A stretch of DNA of 64,000 nt from Tubulanus polymorphus (GCF_964204645.1 NC_134025.1:16529101-16593100); one strand, 5' to 3'. Shown: positions 26,213 through 40,815, counted from the stretch's first letter. Program-made: numbers and translations. The notes: generated from the letters alone by a model not told the origin.

Positions 26213-26530
26213 AATATAGCTGCAAAGCAGCAATAATAGGTTTTCTGCTGTCTTAGAATCCTGTTCATCGGTGGATTTCGACAAAGCATTTGATAAGGCA
26301 CAACATCAGTCATTGCTAACTAAACAGGCTATTAGGAAACAGTATCAATGATAGGTCGCCCAAATGGCTCAGCAGTTATCTCTGAACGAAAACTTATAGC
26401 CAAAATCAACGGAACGCCTCATCTTGGAATAAGTCGGTCTAACTAGTGGAGTCACGTTAGGTAGTATCCTAAGTCGTCTACTGTTTAATGTCCTGACAAA
26501 TGACATACACAGTAATCCAAAATATACCGC
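26213..26530 (+). repeat. Repeat with hairpin head plus LINE RT fragment (copy of 1381-1680)
   Basis: atatagctgcaaagcagcaata..gatttcgacaaagcatttgataagg..aatataccg. The same head also occurs at 21530. Confidence 0.75.
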
Positions 26531-27344
26531 AAATCAATTGTGACAAAGTATTGATGCGAATGACCTATTTAGTTCATCGACCATGTACCGAACACTATTA
26601 TTGTGCCCCAGCATTTGGGGTCATTCTACTTGAACCCCAACATTCAATATGTCCACCAGATTCTGGTGATGATAAAGTCATTTTAATTTTTCTGCCAACT
26701 TCATTTCTTCTTTCATATTCATCTAACATAGACAGCATTAAGTATGCGTCCCCTTATTGAAATTAGGTTAACTCAACTTATCTCAATATATCGATGTAAC
26801 TAGGAAGACCTTATTTAAAATGACGTGATTTTTATGTCGACTTTTTGCGATATTGTCTCAATAAATTGCCATACGTATCACATTTTAGCTAAAGGAGTGA
26901 TAATTATGTCGACGGTACGCGGTTATGTTGAGATACAGACGTCGACATTGGTGAAAGGCGTGATCCGTATAACGATTTATCGTGATATTAACATGATATA
27001 TCGACTTAATTATGTCGATAAATCGCGATATATCACGTTTGTTCGACATAATTTCGTCGTGATAAAATCATGTCGACATATCGCAATATATCGCTTCAAG
27101 TCGACATGAATATGTCGACATATTGTGACGTTTTGACGACATATTTCGTTTTGTCAACCATTTTCCTCGCAACAATTCGACATATTCATGACGACTTGAA
27201 ACTCAGTCGACATATTACTGGCGTCCTCATCTTACATTTCGACGTGTCTTCAAATGACGGCTTGTCCCGTGAAAAATAGGCGAAAGTATAAGTCTTAATT
27301 ACGTTATTAATTGGCCTTATTATTCAAAAGCTAATAAAGTGGGT

Positions 27345-27835
27345 GACAAAACCAAAAAAATGAATTGTCGCGGGCGATAAAACCAAAATGATCAATTCTC
27401 GCGGGCGATAAAACAAAATAATCAATTGTCGCTGGCGATAAAACCAAAATGTTGAATTGTCGCGGGCGACAAAACCAAACTAATGAATTGTCGCGGGCGA
27501 TAAAACCAAAATATTGAATTTTTGCGGGCGACAAAACCAAAAAAATGAATTGTCGCAGGCGAGAAAACCAAAATATTGAATTGTCGCGTGCGACAAAACC
27601 AAAATAATGAATTGTCGCGGTCGATAAAACCAAAATAATGAATTGTCGCGGGCAATAAAACCAAAATATTGAATTGTCGCGGGCGACAAAACCAAAATAT
27701 TGATTTGTCGCGGGTGACAAAACCAAATTAATGAATTGTCGCAGGCGAAAAAACCAAAATAATGAATTGTCGCGGGCGATAAAACCAAAATAATGAATTG
27801 TCGCGGGCGACAAAACCAAAATTATTGTTTTGTCG
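27345..27835. repeat. 31-bp minisatellite, about 16 copies
   Basis: Unit aaaaccaaaataatgaattgtcgcgggcga(t/c). Adjoins a tgtcgac-rich degenerate region at 26830-27260. Confidence 0.92.
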
Positions 27836-30699
27836 CGTTATTTTAGTTTTGTCGTTTTGTCATAATGTCGCCCTCATTTGCATATTCATGTTTTTTTTAC
27901 GCATGGCCCTTATCAGCCACCGCTAAAGCCTTAAGGTCGCGTAAAACTCGATAAACACTTCAAGCGACACAGCGAACGATCTCCTTTCCCCCACAGCGAA
28001 CGCTTAACCTAGTAGAGGCTACTAGCTACTACTAGAGGCTATGTAGGCCTATGTATATGCGTAGGCCTAACATCCGGACAGATTGGTCGTAGGCCTATTG
28101 AATAACAACCACCTAAATATCGTAAATTTTGTTTTGAAGTTCAATCCAATGAGTCTGTTAATAAACGCAACAATTATACTGTGTTTGTTTGAGACAGTAA
28201 AGCTCAGTACCGGTAGGCCTAAAGCCGCGTCAAACTCGATAAACACTTCAAGCGACACAACAAACGATCCCCTTTCCCCCCACAGCGAACGCTTACTCCG
28301 AATGTCAAGTGTGAGTCCAGCATACGGAAAGGATTGTGTTATATACTTGTATTTAGTAAATACCTTGTGCATTTGACAATGATCGGTATGTACTGTAGGA
28401 AATATAGAGTATTGATGGTATTGATATAGAGGTTGAAGCCTGCGGCCGAATAAAGTAATATATTCTTTTATTTTGATACCTCGTCGACATAACAGCTTTT
28501 CTCCACTATATCTCTTCGGCGTGTTTCGTTTAGGCCTACGACTCCCCAGTACACTTATGATTTATCTTAGTAAATACATGGTTAATTTGATAAAGAAAAA
28601 TAGGTATTGCTAAACTAACTGCTTGACACCCGCAGCCAAATCACTGGGCTGATCCCTGGAACGACGATGTAGTGACACACGTCAATTCGTCGATGTTTAC
28701 GGCTCGACAGTGCTTTTAAAATCTAAAGAAGTAAATTTCCTGTATATCGGTAATACGATTTGATGAGGAAAATGGGCTATTGTTAAGATTAGTTTTTAAA
28801 AACCGCGACAGAATGTGCAATCTTTGGGTAATAAATTTGTTAATTTATGCTTGAATTGATGTGACAAGAAACGTGCAGTAGATTTCGGAAAGAGGACTTA
28901 GAAAAACATGTCGGCTCTTTGAATGGGGCTCAATTTTCGATGTTTACGGCCCGACAGTGCTTTTGTAACGATGATTCTTCAAAATACGCACGGAGTATTT
29001 GTAGATGGAAGTGAGCTGAATGATATCAGACGGATTGTATCGACAACAACGGCAAGGTAACAAAGCCTTTGTTCTTTTAGTAAAAATAGTGTGGAAGAAA
29101 ACAATAGTAATAATAATCACGTGAAATAACAGAAAACCCTAATAATCACATTAATCTTGTTGCAGATGATTCAAATAGCCTAACACTCGCTATTGTGCGA
29201 ATTTCATTGCGATGTGATTGATCTAAGCTGTAAAATTTTAGATAATTAGAAAATTTCCTTAGCTTTAATATAGTTTGACATGACCTGGAATGACCCAAGT
29301 CATGAATAATCATTAGCAGATGCGCATGCGCTTAACACTGCGTAGAATGACAGGTGGATCCTCGCTAAAATAGATCCATTTTGTAAAATATCAAGCTGTG
29401 TATTGACGATTACTTTTAAGAAAACAAATGGCGGAAAAGCACGTTATATTTTTATACTTTGGTCACTGACTCTTGAAATAAGAGTACCGTCGACGTCAAG
29501 ATACTCGAAGAAACCATAGCGTATTTACTTCCACCAGTCGTCGGGTATGGTACATGTACGAGGGAGGGAGGTAAGTCTTCAGTTTCTCCTGATGAATTAA
29601 CGAATCACAATGTATATCCAATAAAAAGACCTTCATTTTTTCATGACTGGACCTCGTTTGTAAAAAAAATGCCTGCTGAATCGGAATACAAACTTCTTTC
29701 AGCTATATCGTTTGCTACTATAGGTTATTAGGAGAAAAAAATAATCTTCCACCCCCTCCACTTTTTACTCGATGGATTTACTGGCCTTGCGATTGCGCAA
29801 TACCGATTAATGATGGCAGCACCAGCTTGCCAATTGAGGGCTCTCCACATTTTCGGCTGTCCCTGAAGCTATTTTAATAGCGAATGTGCAATTACTGAAT
29901 TATTTCCGAAAAAAGTTATAACAACATAATTAAAGACCTGATTTAGCAATATGAACGGTGGGTTTGAATTGCTTTGTCTTCTTATCTGTCGCTACAATGC
30001 GTGTTTGTGCATGAAAACAGTTTCTTCAATGATTTTGATAGTAGAACATTGCACAGGCGTTTAAAACATTTCTTTAGGGTGGCCAGGCTGAAATATCGAG
30101 ATCATACGAATTTGGTCATTAATTAGTTTGCTAGGGCAATGGAATACAGAAGCATCAGTAAAACATATATTTTCTCTTTTTTACCTTCAGGGCCTCTTGT
30201 TTAGGTAATGATCTGGCGAGTAGCAGTCGAAACTTATAACAAAAATTACGACGTTCACGGGAAACCATAACCTAGATACATGTACGACGGAACATCTGAA
30301 CTATTCAAGATTCAAGTTATTGTAAAAAAATTAGCTTGTTATTTTGCAAAAAATAAAACATTTGATTTTATATGAAGTGTTACCTCTCCATCCCTCGGTT
30401 TTTTGTCAACAAAGCTTTGATTATTACCCCCCCTCCACCCCAATTTCAAATGCAAAGTTCCATGTTGTCACATGATTGACTGGTAAGATTAACAATGCCA
30501 GACTTAATCTCTCTATGAGATCTTCCTGACCAATTACTTATTGGGACCAGGTCAGCAGCCACTTCTTTGAAAGCATATTTTGCTTTCTTCCTTTTACTTC
30601 TCAGATTATCATGTCGGTGAGCTTCTGGGCCATTGGTCCTTTATTCAATCAAGTTCTCTTCTATGAAGTTGATACGACTGCCAAAAAAATTAACAATTA

Positions 30700-31000
30700 G
30701 CATAATGTATAAACAGTCCGGTCACCCCAGTGATCAATTCAATGGTGAAATAAATTTACCATGATCTAGATTACCCGGTTCCCAAAAGCAATGTTTATGT
30801 ACTAGGTGATTTTAACAGTGATTTTACTAAACTTTTCAATAATACAGCTCCCGAGGCGTTCCTTGATATCTCGTTGACCTTTTTGCTTAAACCGCTGATT
30901 TCCAAACCAACCTGCGTGATTTGCCGCTACATAGATCGACCATATTCATTCAAATTTCAATTTCACACCATGTTCATGTTTAGCGACCACTGATATTTAT
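30700..31000 (+). pseudogene. LINE apurinic endonuclease fragment
   Basis: tatgtactaggtgattttaac = YVLGDFN; atagatcgaccatatt..., IDH-like motif. Confidence 0.45.
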
Positions 31001-31688
31001 GATCAATTCTCTACTTTTGTCATCCACTATTCCATACATAAACATAGTTTTCGTGGAAATGTTTTTCAGTCAACTCCTCATAATCCGGATCCTATTAATC
31101 CGGATTTTACTTATTCTGTGGTTTTGTCAAAGTCCCGTTTTTTTCTTGTTCAAATCCTTGATAAATAATTCATTCAGTTAATCCGTATGATATAATCCGT
31201 ATATTCACTTTATCCTTACAAACTTTTGGGTCATTCATGCATAATCAATGGTTTCTTGTCACTTAATCTGTATCGCTAAAAACGTTGAATGAACCATGCA
31301 TCATGTGGCCTAGTTCATACGTCAAACTTAGTTGATTACTTTTTGGTTTACCTTTGTCAGCGATATGAAGTTGGCATTGAGCCAATTTCATGTAAAATCG
31401 CGGTACGTCTTTTTATGTGAGCATTTGTTTCATTGGTTCTCGGGTTAAACGACGTATAATCGATGCCCTTGAAGACATGACGAACCTCCGTCGATGTACA
31501 TGGTCAACTGAGTTAAAATTCTACGAAAAACTGTTTTTGGCGGGAAAATTCTTAGCTCTCGCTTATAAAATTGCAATAACCTCGATTGGGGGGCGTCGTC
31601 TCTACGAGGGAATGGGATTTGCTGTTTTTGGGATATACATAATATAATATTCAGCCACCCTCTGATATGTGATATCATATGAATTTTA

Positions 31689-32221
31689 GGCCATCCCATA
31701 TTAATGGTCTGTTTGCCGTAACCCTTCAAAGGTACCGAGTGAAAACTTTTTTTCTGGGATTTATTGAAATAAATTTTATTTCTGATAGAAACGGCCGACC
31801 AACCCACTGCCTACGTATGAGCTACGTATTATATATGTTTGAATTCAAGTGTGCATCTTGTGAAAACATGCCTTGTCAATGTGGCCTAATTTAAGTTTTC
31901 CAGGAAACTGGCAGTGTTCCAATAAGCTGCAAAGCTGGTAACGTAAAACCGCGCACATATTCAATGTACTGTTTCATTTTTACACAGAGATGAGGCTCTG
32001 GACAAAGTTATAATTTTACAATAATTCTCGAAATCTACGCTATTAGACAAATTTCCCATGCACAACGTAGATGATTTTTGCGATATTGTTTCCATGTAAA
32101 AAGGTGATAAATTTGTTTTTTTGCCCAAAAGTTTAGCTAAAAAAATTTTTTCTTACCTACCGACTCATCCTGAAAAGTTGAGTCGGTGTTACTGCAAATA
32201 GACAATTATTTTGGGATGGCC
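31689..32221. mobile_element. PIF/Harbinger MITE
   Basis: TIR ggccatccca / tgggatggcc; TTA TSD at 31686-31688 and 32222-32224. Empty site visible in the paralogous repeat at 18835. Confidence 0.85.
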
Positions 32222-33145
32222 TTATTTGAACATTTTTTTCATATTGTGAAACATATTTTTTTGAAAATATAAAATAATTTCCCTGCCACCCTACCTGTAC
32301 CCTACAAATTTTTGGACGTGGACCGTAACCAAATGTATATCTTTGGTCTTATTTTACTACAAAATAATTCTTTAAGAAAGATAGAATACAATATAAACTT
32401 GTGGAACTTTGAAGTCACGAATTAAAAAGATTTTTCAAGCAATGCCCTTACTCCAAACAACCTCTAGCTTTCAAGGTAAATCACACTTTGCCTATGGGCA
32501 ATTTATTTATCCTTTGGAAATTCCCCATTTCTCTCAATCAATCATTGTACACTACATCGCGCATGTCTGGATTACCAGCACAAATGATTGAATGAAATGG
32601 AAAGACTATGGTTTTAACAGTATACAAATTGCATTCTGTTCTCTGATCTTATGCAAATCGATGTAAATGCGAATTGATGAAAGCACTCATCCAATATGGC
32701 TGCCACAGTAGTCGTCTTGAATTTCTGAGTGATCTACACACATCATATAATGGGCGATTTCTTTTAAACGTGGTATTGTAATGGGGTAGGTCCACTATTG
32801 CTATTACTATTATTGAAAATCAGCTCTCTAGATCACTGCCATGGTGGATATCTTGAATTTCTTAAATAACGAGACGAATACTACTCGTCTCATTACTTAT
32901 TTCAAACCAGGTTAACTCTACGAATATTCTCTTGAATTTCTTGTTAGCTTTATTGCTCTTCCAAGAAAAAGTAAACTTTGGCAAGCTAGTCTCCGCTTCT
33001 TTACATGCAAGATGTTATTGGGGGCTGGCTATGAAGATTAGGGAACGTTCACCACAGTATTGGTGTTTACGACCGTTCTATTTTATGGGTATTATTGAAG
33101 TAAGGAAGTCTTTCGGCCATTTCCACAATGTGATTGCTAGCTTTG

Positions 33146-34263
33146 TAGCCCACTTGGGACTTAAGTCCCAGCGGGCTTTTGCGTTCACTTTTCGTCCGTC
33201 CGTCCGTCCGTCCGTACGTACGTACGTACGTACGTCGACGGAATCCAGTTATTTTGGGAAGTTTTTAAGACGCTTCAAGGTAATGTCTTGACATGTGGTT
33301 TATACATGTATCTACCCTAGACACATCTTCAGCCCAAAAACTGGCCCTGTCGGCCGACTGGCAACCATTTTTGTTCGCCAAAATCAGCACTTTTTACACG
33401 TTTTTGAACTTTTTGAAGGAAATTTGATCAATTACCTTGATCTTTCGTATATATTTAATTTTGGCCTGAATTCTGAGTCCTGTAGCTTCCTACTGGTTTG
33501 CCATTTCTCATTGCAATTGCTGATGGGTATTCTTTGGAAAGGCATGTTTTATACCTGAGACAGGTATTTTTGATCAGCCAATTATGACGCAATTGGCGGC
33601 CATCTTGGTGTCATCAGTACTCATTCGTAGGTGGGAAAAAGTTTTTGACATTATATTGATACCTAAGCATATTTTGTTAAAACAAGAAATTAGAAAGTTG
33701 TAGCTTATAAGCTGTTCTATGATTGTGGTGAGTTTCAAGTTCATTGGTTTTTGTATATGGCCACCAGGGGACATTGAATAATACAATATCTTAGTATTTC
33801 TATACTATATATGTACCAATACATATTTTGTTACCACAATCAATTGCAAAGTTGTAGCTCAGGACATGGGGCGTTGAATAGTAGAATAACCTATTATTTC
33901 CTTATTATATTGGTACCTAGGCATATTTTGTTACCATGATCAATTGCAAAGTTGTAGTTCATGATATGTTCTATGATTATGGTGAGTAACAAGGTTATTG
34001 GGTTTTGAATATGGTCACCAGGGGGCGTTGAATAGTAGAATAACTTAGTATTTCCACATTAAATTGGTAACGAGGCATATTTTGTTATCACAATCAATTA
34101 CAAAATCATAGCTGCTGACATGTTTTATGATTGTGGTGAGTTTCAAGGTCATTGGTCTTTGTATATGGTCACCAGGGGGTGTTGAATATTGAAATTGTTA
34201 GATTGTTGTGCATTTGAAACCACTTCCCAAGTGGGCATGATGTCCTGGACCCCTAGTCTTGTT
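33146..34263 (+). mobile_element. Helentron-associated (HINE/DINE-1/pearl-like) non-autonomous element, family A
   Basis: 5' subTIR cccacttggg with gggacttaagtccc palindrome, (CGTC)n(CGTA)n microsatellite, internal tandem repeats at 33660-34200, 3' subTIR cccaagtggg, T-rich end. Confidence 0.8.
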
Positions 34264-34440
34264 TAGCTGCCAACAGACTACTCAATTGTTCTTTTTGTAC
34301 ATTTTGAATGCACTGGGTATGCATGATTGAAGGTCTTGCCTAGTTCGCAATGAGTTCATGATTATTCTTTATATGTTCATGAAATAATTAATTCATATTG
34401 ATCATATCACTTCTTATGATTACATTCCATTCCACTGCAG

Positions 34441-34543
34441 GCTAGATCAAACTTTGGGCAAACCTGGCACATGGTTTGCATCAATTGACAGAGATAAACA
34501 AAAGATGACTATCGGTGCTAGACTTGCACGAGTAGAAAATCAG
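34441..34543 (+). CDS. KCNQ1: KCNQ1-like exon (end of helix C, start of helix D)
   Basis: ctgcag|G LDQTLGKPGTWFASIDRDKQKMTIGARLARVENQ |gtattt. Phase 2 in, phase 0 out. Confidence 0.95.
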
Positions 34544-37500
34544 GTATTTTTAAAATCATACTCCTAATGTGAATATATTTATGCTTTGAGAAAAAATTTT
34601 CAATGCAATAAAGGAAAATATTCATTTTCACTTGTGACTTAGTGCCAGTGGTCTATTACGTGCACTTTTCGTCTGTAGTCCCTCCTTCTGTTCCCTTCAT
34701 CCATTAGTAGAAGGAATACTGTTATCTTAGGAAATTTTGAAAATGTGTCATCAGGAACAGCAACATTGAAGTGATTACTGAAAAATGGTTTTAACAGGAA
34801 TTTTTTATTCAACTTCTATTTACTGAAAATACAAATAACATATCAGATAATCAACAAATGTAATTTTAAAATATTCCAACATTATCTTATGTATTACCGG
34901 TATATACATTAGGAAACTTACAAGCGAACAACATCTAGATCTGTCCATCAGGTTGCCTTGTGGTGCATTGCAACGAGAACAAGTAAATAAACGGCTTTTA
35001 TTGCAGAGTATTCATCGCATGAACAGGGGAATAACAACATAGTACATTCGTTTACAATAGAGCTACGAATAGAGCTAAGAAACGTGTTAAATCTCAAGCT
35101 GCTAACTTTTGACTAATGGTTTGTTGCTTGATGCTTAAATGATTGTGTTAATATTTAGTTAATACACATGTATCTACCCTACACAAATGAAAGGCTGAAT
35201 CCAAGAACATGTCTATCGCACTTTTGAGCCCAAACATCTACTTTTACTTAGTAGCCACTTGAGAACAATAAGCAATTAACGATATCAGCTACTTTTCCAG
35301 TAGTACACACTTCGAAACAGTCACTCTGAAATTGTATTCCTGTCAATTTGGTTGCTTTTATAAAGTGGCTGTTTTGAAGAGTCTACTATAGAAAAGTGAC
35401 TATTTTGAAACATCTGGTTTCGATAGTGCACACTAGCAGTAGAGGTGACTGTAAAACCACCCATCTGTAAACACTGACTTTGTGATAGTAACTCCTACCA
35501 TAACAGCTACTCTCAAAACACATCGTTCCTAAAATTCAACTATTGAAAAGTGACCATTTTGAAATGGCTTGGTAATTTCCTGTTCAAAATAGCAGCATCT
35601 GTTAAAGATTTGCAGTGATACGTGACAGGTTCAAAGGTACCGTTAAACCCTATATGCTTTGTATACAGAACTCTATGCTTTGAATACAGTTCTGTGAATA
35701 GAAAATCAAAGTTTTTGAGTTGCTAAGAATCCCCTTATTTATATTACGCTCAATCATCATGGATTAAATCCATTAATACTAATACATATTGTATAGTGCC
35801 AGTCCTAATTTCAGGGGCGGATCCAGGGGCATGTTGTGACCATGTCGACCAATAAAAAAGGGCATATATTCTTTTTGATCTTAAAATAGGGATTGTCCCC
35901 GTTAATTTATTTATTTGGTTTGTAAATTTCGTTTGATTTTTCGATTGAGCGTCCCTTACAGACCCACCACACCTGCCGGGAGCGAAACAGGGGGTTTGAT
36001 TTTGAAATCGGAAATCGAAGTACAGATATCGTTGTGTGATCGGCGGTCAAGTAGTCAGAATATTTTTAAATCGAAGTACATAATTGGAAATTCGTTTCCG
36101 GTTCTTCCAAACATTCTTCCATTCAGTCTGAACCGGCAAGCGACTGATCGGGATGAATTTTTCTGGCTGCCTAATTTAATACATCGAGATTCTGGAAATA
36201 GCTAAATGACAAGGTTGAAGATCATTTTGTCCATTTTTGTATTTTTTTGGTCGTTTTCTACGTGTAAATAGTCCGATAGTTTATTGTGGTTTTTTCTTGG
36301 GTAGATGTTAATGTAGAAGTCCTCTAAGTTGATGATCCTGCATGTTGACTAGATAGGAAAAAAGCACATTTCGAAAATGCAAATTTTCCAGGTGAGAGTA
36401 TGGCCCTGGGGTATCGGAAGTGTAGTTGTATGACATCAACGGTGCAGCTCCGATGAGGATGGGTTCTCCGTCAAGGGGTGCGCAGTTGGTACTTCACATC
36501 TGGTGCTGAATTTGCCTAAAAGTAAAAGTTTTACACTGGGAGCAGTTTTGTGTTTCTAATATACAGTGCATAGTTAGGTCCGTAAATGTATCGCAATCAA
36601 ACTGACAGTGCTATGCGTATTGATAGACCGTCAGTAAGAAAGCGGCACAAACACGTGAATATTGAATACATGTCCTAGGCCTATACACTTACATATATAC
36701 AGTCTTGATCGGGTTTTATTTACATTGTCACGATTATGTTTTTGGTAGTTTTTAATGAGACTGATGTCAAGAGGCAACTTTCCATTGACCATTGCGCGTA
36801 GATAGACTGAGCTTGCTATCCTTTGGCCAAAATGGAGGCAGCGTTCCAGCTATCGCGGCAATGAGACTGAGTTTACAGTCTTTGATTTTGTAGAAAAGAA
36901 AGATAAAAAAATAAATTTGTCTTTTAGGCTTAGTTTGTTTTTAAGGATATATGAGAGAGGAATATACAAATAAAATCATACGTTCATAACATTGATTACG
37001 TCCTATTTATATCATTATCTGGATGAAGACTTCACAAATATTTGGAAAAAAATGTATCTAAAATACTTAGAATTAACCTTGAATTTATTGTTTATTTCGA
37101 TACAAATGATTTTTAAGTAATCGATGCTTTGTTCACTTTGTCAGGCTGTTCTCTGCTTGTTCGTTAATGAATATTGAATCATTTTATTGCTTGCTGGAAG
37201 TGATTCCCTGATCAAATCTTATTTCATAATTATAGTTTGGTTAAAATGAAATTACAAACTTATTGTAAAAGATCAGACAATTAGCGTATAAAAGTACGGT
37301 GTTGAGATGTTCACGTTATTTTGAAATCAGCAATTTCATTTGATAAAGAAAATTATCGTGTATTTGATTCACTATATTATGATATTTATACTCTAAACAT
37401 TCTGACTTAGGACGTCTTCAAATGAACAACTCTTCTCGTCAAAACTATATTTGTATTTACTCATCTTTTTAAGGTTCTACCATCAATAGTTCCCCACTCA

Positions 37501-38477
37501 TAACAAACTAAAACTCATTAAAGGTAGCTGGCCATCTTGGATTTGGAAATGTACTATCAACTCATATATAATTCTATGTGGAGCTTTTATTTTCATACAT
37601 GTATAAGAATATGAAATGGCATGGTGTATGATGTGACCAAACTAGGTAATGGCGTCATCCAACATGACCAAGTGGCAGCCATCTTAGATTCTGAAATTAT
37701 TCATTTTGGTCATCAACTCAAAAAAAACTTTCTAGATAGAGCTTTCTTATTTCATATGAATATAACTGGCAGCATATGACCAAAGTCTGCTGAGGAACAA
37801 ATGGTTCCCACACTACCGATTACGGGAAAAACTTGAGTATTTTCTAATTAGATTATCTGGTTGGGAAATAATTGGGGAATTGTAAAAAATCCCACAAAAT
37901 CGGGAAAAAGTTGGGAAAATGGCCAGTCGGTTAACAATGAACAGTTATTCTGTGATTCCCAGAGACCTATTCCAGCCGGGGTTGTATTTTCATGAGTTTA
38001 TGTTTTGCGGCATGAACTAACGTTGCTCCACGTGCTTTTGTTTACCCCTGTACTGCCTGTCATTGTCCGGGCGTGTCTGTTCATCGGCAAGAGGAGGTGA
38101 AAGATATCCAGGTGAAAATAGAAGGAAAACGGCATCAAGTTACAGGTAAATACGATGTTCTAATTCAAAACAGATGATCAAATTTATTTACATTCTAGTA
38201 GTAATATTATGATGAAAGATTGAAGTTTCAATCAAGCACTTGTCTCCACTGGTAGGTTTTTTTAAAAATGCGTTTATACATAAGAAACATCGTCGTGCGC
38301 ATGTGAAAACAATCCCCGTACAGCAGGCGTAATAATGAATGAATGGCATTGATTTTTTGTGTAAAGCTATACTACATCTTCACACAATAACTGGTGTACA
38401 CGATGCCTCTGTATTAACATGTGTATTAATATTCCAACAAGAAAATTCATTTCTGAACTACGTTTTAGTTTCATTTA

Positions 38478-39290
38478 TTAGGCCAGCAGTAGGCTGAGCC
38501 CATTACTATACAAACGGAGCGAATTTAAATGACATTGTTTCCAGAGCAAAGGCTCTTTGACTGTGCAACTGAGCATATATGCATACAAATCATTCATTAA
38601 AGCATTATCCATTCTCGAAACTCTGATCGCAAAAATATCTGTTTTAAAAAGCGAATCAGAAAGCAAAGAAGCCTCTATGATCGGCTTAGCCGCAGAGATC
38701 GATCAGCAGGTGTTCACGTGAACCTGCGGTATCGTCTACCGTTTTACTTCGGGGTTTTATTTCAGGATCTGAAATTGTATTTTCAATATCGATTTCTGTG
38801 AAATCTTTAGTTGATTTGGTTTTTGGGAGGAATATTTGTATTTGCACAACAGAAAATATCATTGGCAATTGTGCAAAGTCCGGGAAAAATAGCTTTTTCT
38901 CGGATGGATGACCTTGATATGCTAAAAAGCAATGTGCTCAAACTGCAAATTCAATGAAAATTATTCTGCAAAAAATATCAAATCCAATTCAATTTTACTT
39001 TATTGAGAAAGGTTAAACAGCAAATCCAATTCACTTTTGTTTAATTGAGCAAATTTCAGAAAATTCAATTATATTCCGCATTCAAATCAATAAGACCAAG
39101 GGAAAAGATTTATCTGAGGTATATGTTCCTGCCAGATCCAGTCGCTGTCTGTGCTACCTATGAAAACACGATTGAATTGTGTAAATTATTTGGTATTGAC
39201 TGAGCTGGGAGTGTATTTGGACAAATTTAACTCACAGAATGCCGGCATCATTTGCCATTTTATGCCATATTGCCCCTTGGGGCTCTTGTT
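38478..39290 (+). mobile_element. HINE-like element, family B
   Basis: Starts ttaggccagcagtaggctg and ends with the hairpin gccccttggggc-tcttgtt. Full-length homolog at 56793-57569. Confidence 0.75.
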
Positions 39291-39982
39291 TATTGTTGTA
39301 ACTAGTAACATTTTTTGACATCAATTAGGTAGGGCCCGGCTAATTTGAAACCAGCTCCGTAGTTACAACTAGGCATTGCTCAAACCCAATATTTCGAGGG
39401 AAATCATATATTTTTTTCTGCCTAAATATTCTTTGGAGGTGCTTGACATGACATGTGTTGATGTTTTGGCGGTAAAATATTGAATTAACCGCAAAGTACG
39501 GTGGCCCAAAATTTTCATTTCATTTTCAAAAGTGATATCAAAATTTAACTGTGTAAATCGCATTTTTGAAAACACGTTGAATTAGGTCTTGCAAATTCGT
39601 GTCTCGGCTGCCTTTCTTCTCAATTGAATTATAGTTAATTTCAAAATAGTTGAATGGCAGCTATCTTGCTTTCTTCAATTATAAATTTTATGCAATATTA
39701 GAATGGATAACAGGTGGCTTAATCTCTTCAGTGTTCCACTTGGCCATCGGTCAGACTAGTCCAGGCCCAGTTTTGGGTACAGCTAGCAATTGGCTTTTAA
39801 GATCAGTCTATGAACTCAAACGAGTTATAATTAATTATGTTGCATTTTCAAGGTCATTTGGTTAGTTTTAATTAGATTTGTAATGGTGCTCCCCATGTAT
39901 TTATCACGTGGGTTCTCTGCAACTTTGGTAGAGAGCAGACTGTATCTAGTGGTTCGTATTCTCATACATTCGCCCAACATAG

Positions 39983-40815
39983 TATTATAGGGTATATTAT
40001 ATGGTATATTATCAAGTATGTTATAGAGAATTAAAGGGTTGTATTGGTCTCCAAATATATTGCATTAGTAATTCCATTTTTAATTATCATGTATTATTAT
40101 TGTGTACAGGATAATATATATTTGTAGCTAGTAACCACAGAAAAGACTTTTCCTGTTTATCTAATCAACTAATTAACAAATGTTTGCCAATTATTACACT
40201 AGTCTCTTAAACATGTCTTAAACCTATTCAATGATTATCTATTTGTTAGTTTTCATAAAACCAGTGACTGTAACTATATTCTCTAGTAAACAATGTTGCT
40301 ACAGACTGAGTGACTCTTGTAATTAACTTGAACAATTAAAGTTATTTCTACCACTGTAAAACAAAGACTGACCAATCGTACACGAGGGTTTGACCAGTCA
40401 TCTTGGGGGAGTGGCCTAAATCATCTTCCTGTGGTTTGGCTCGGGTTAGGGCATTCTACTTCTGGATGTAAAATAAACTGGTCATATTTTATATATTTGT
40501 TTATCATCAATTTTAGGTAAGTCAGTCTTTGCATGTTTCAACTATGTATTTTGTACATTGTATTTAACTAAAACATCATAATATAGGCCTAGATAAACTT
40601 TACTGTATTTGACTCATTTAGATTCACTATATCATAATCATTCAACCTTCATTTTAATCATCTATAGTTCTATCATATTCAAAACATTATGTACACCTAT
40701 CATATCTATTACACTGTAAAATGCATTCTACCTCTGGACGTAAAATAAACTGGTCATATTTTATATATTTGTTTATCATCAATTTTAGTGAATCTTGACG
40801 AACCCGACTATAATA
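39983..40815 (+). repeat. 5' LTR (TATTATAG...CTATAATA)
   Basis: Direct repeat of 46537-47362, differing by about a dozen substitutions and one 7-bp indel (counted by eye). Confidence 0.95.

Noticed and set aside
27331-27819. CRISPR-like palindromic repeat array and repetitive ORFs in three frames
   Set aside because: There are no unique spacers and no cas genes, and the context is eukaryotic. The ORFs are artefacts of a stop-free 31-bp unit.
36390-36525. GC-richer exon-like stretch with a minus-strand acceptor
   Set aside because: All three frames hit stops and no recognisable protein results.
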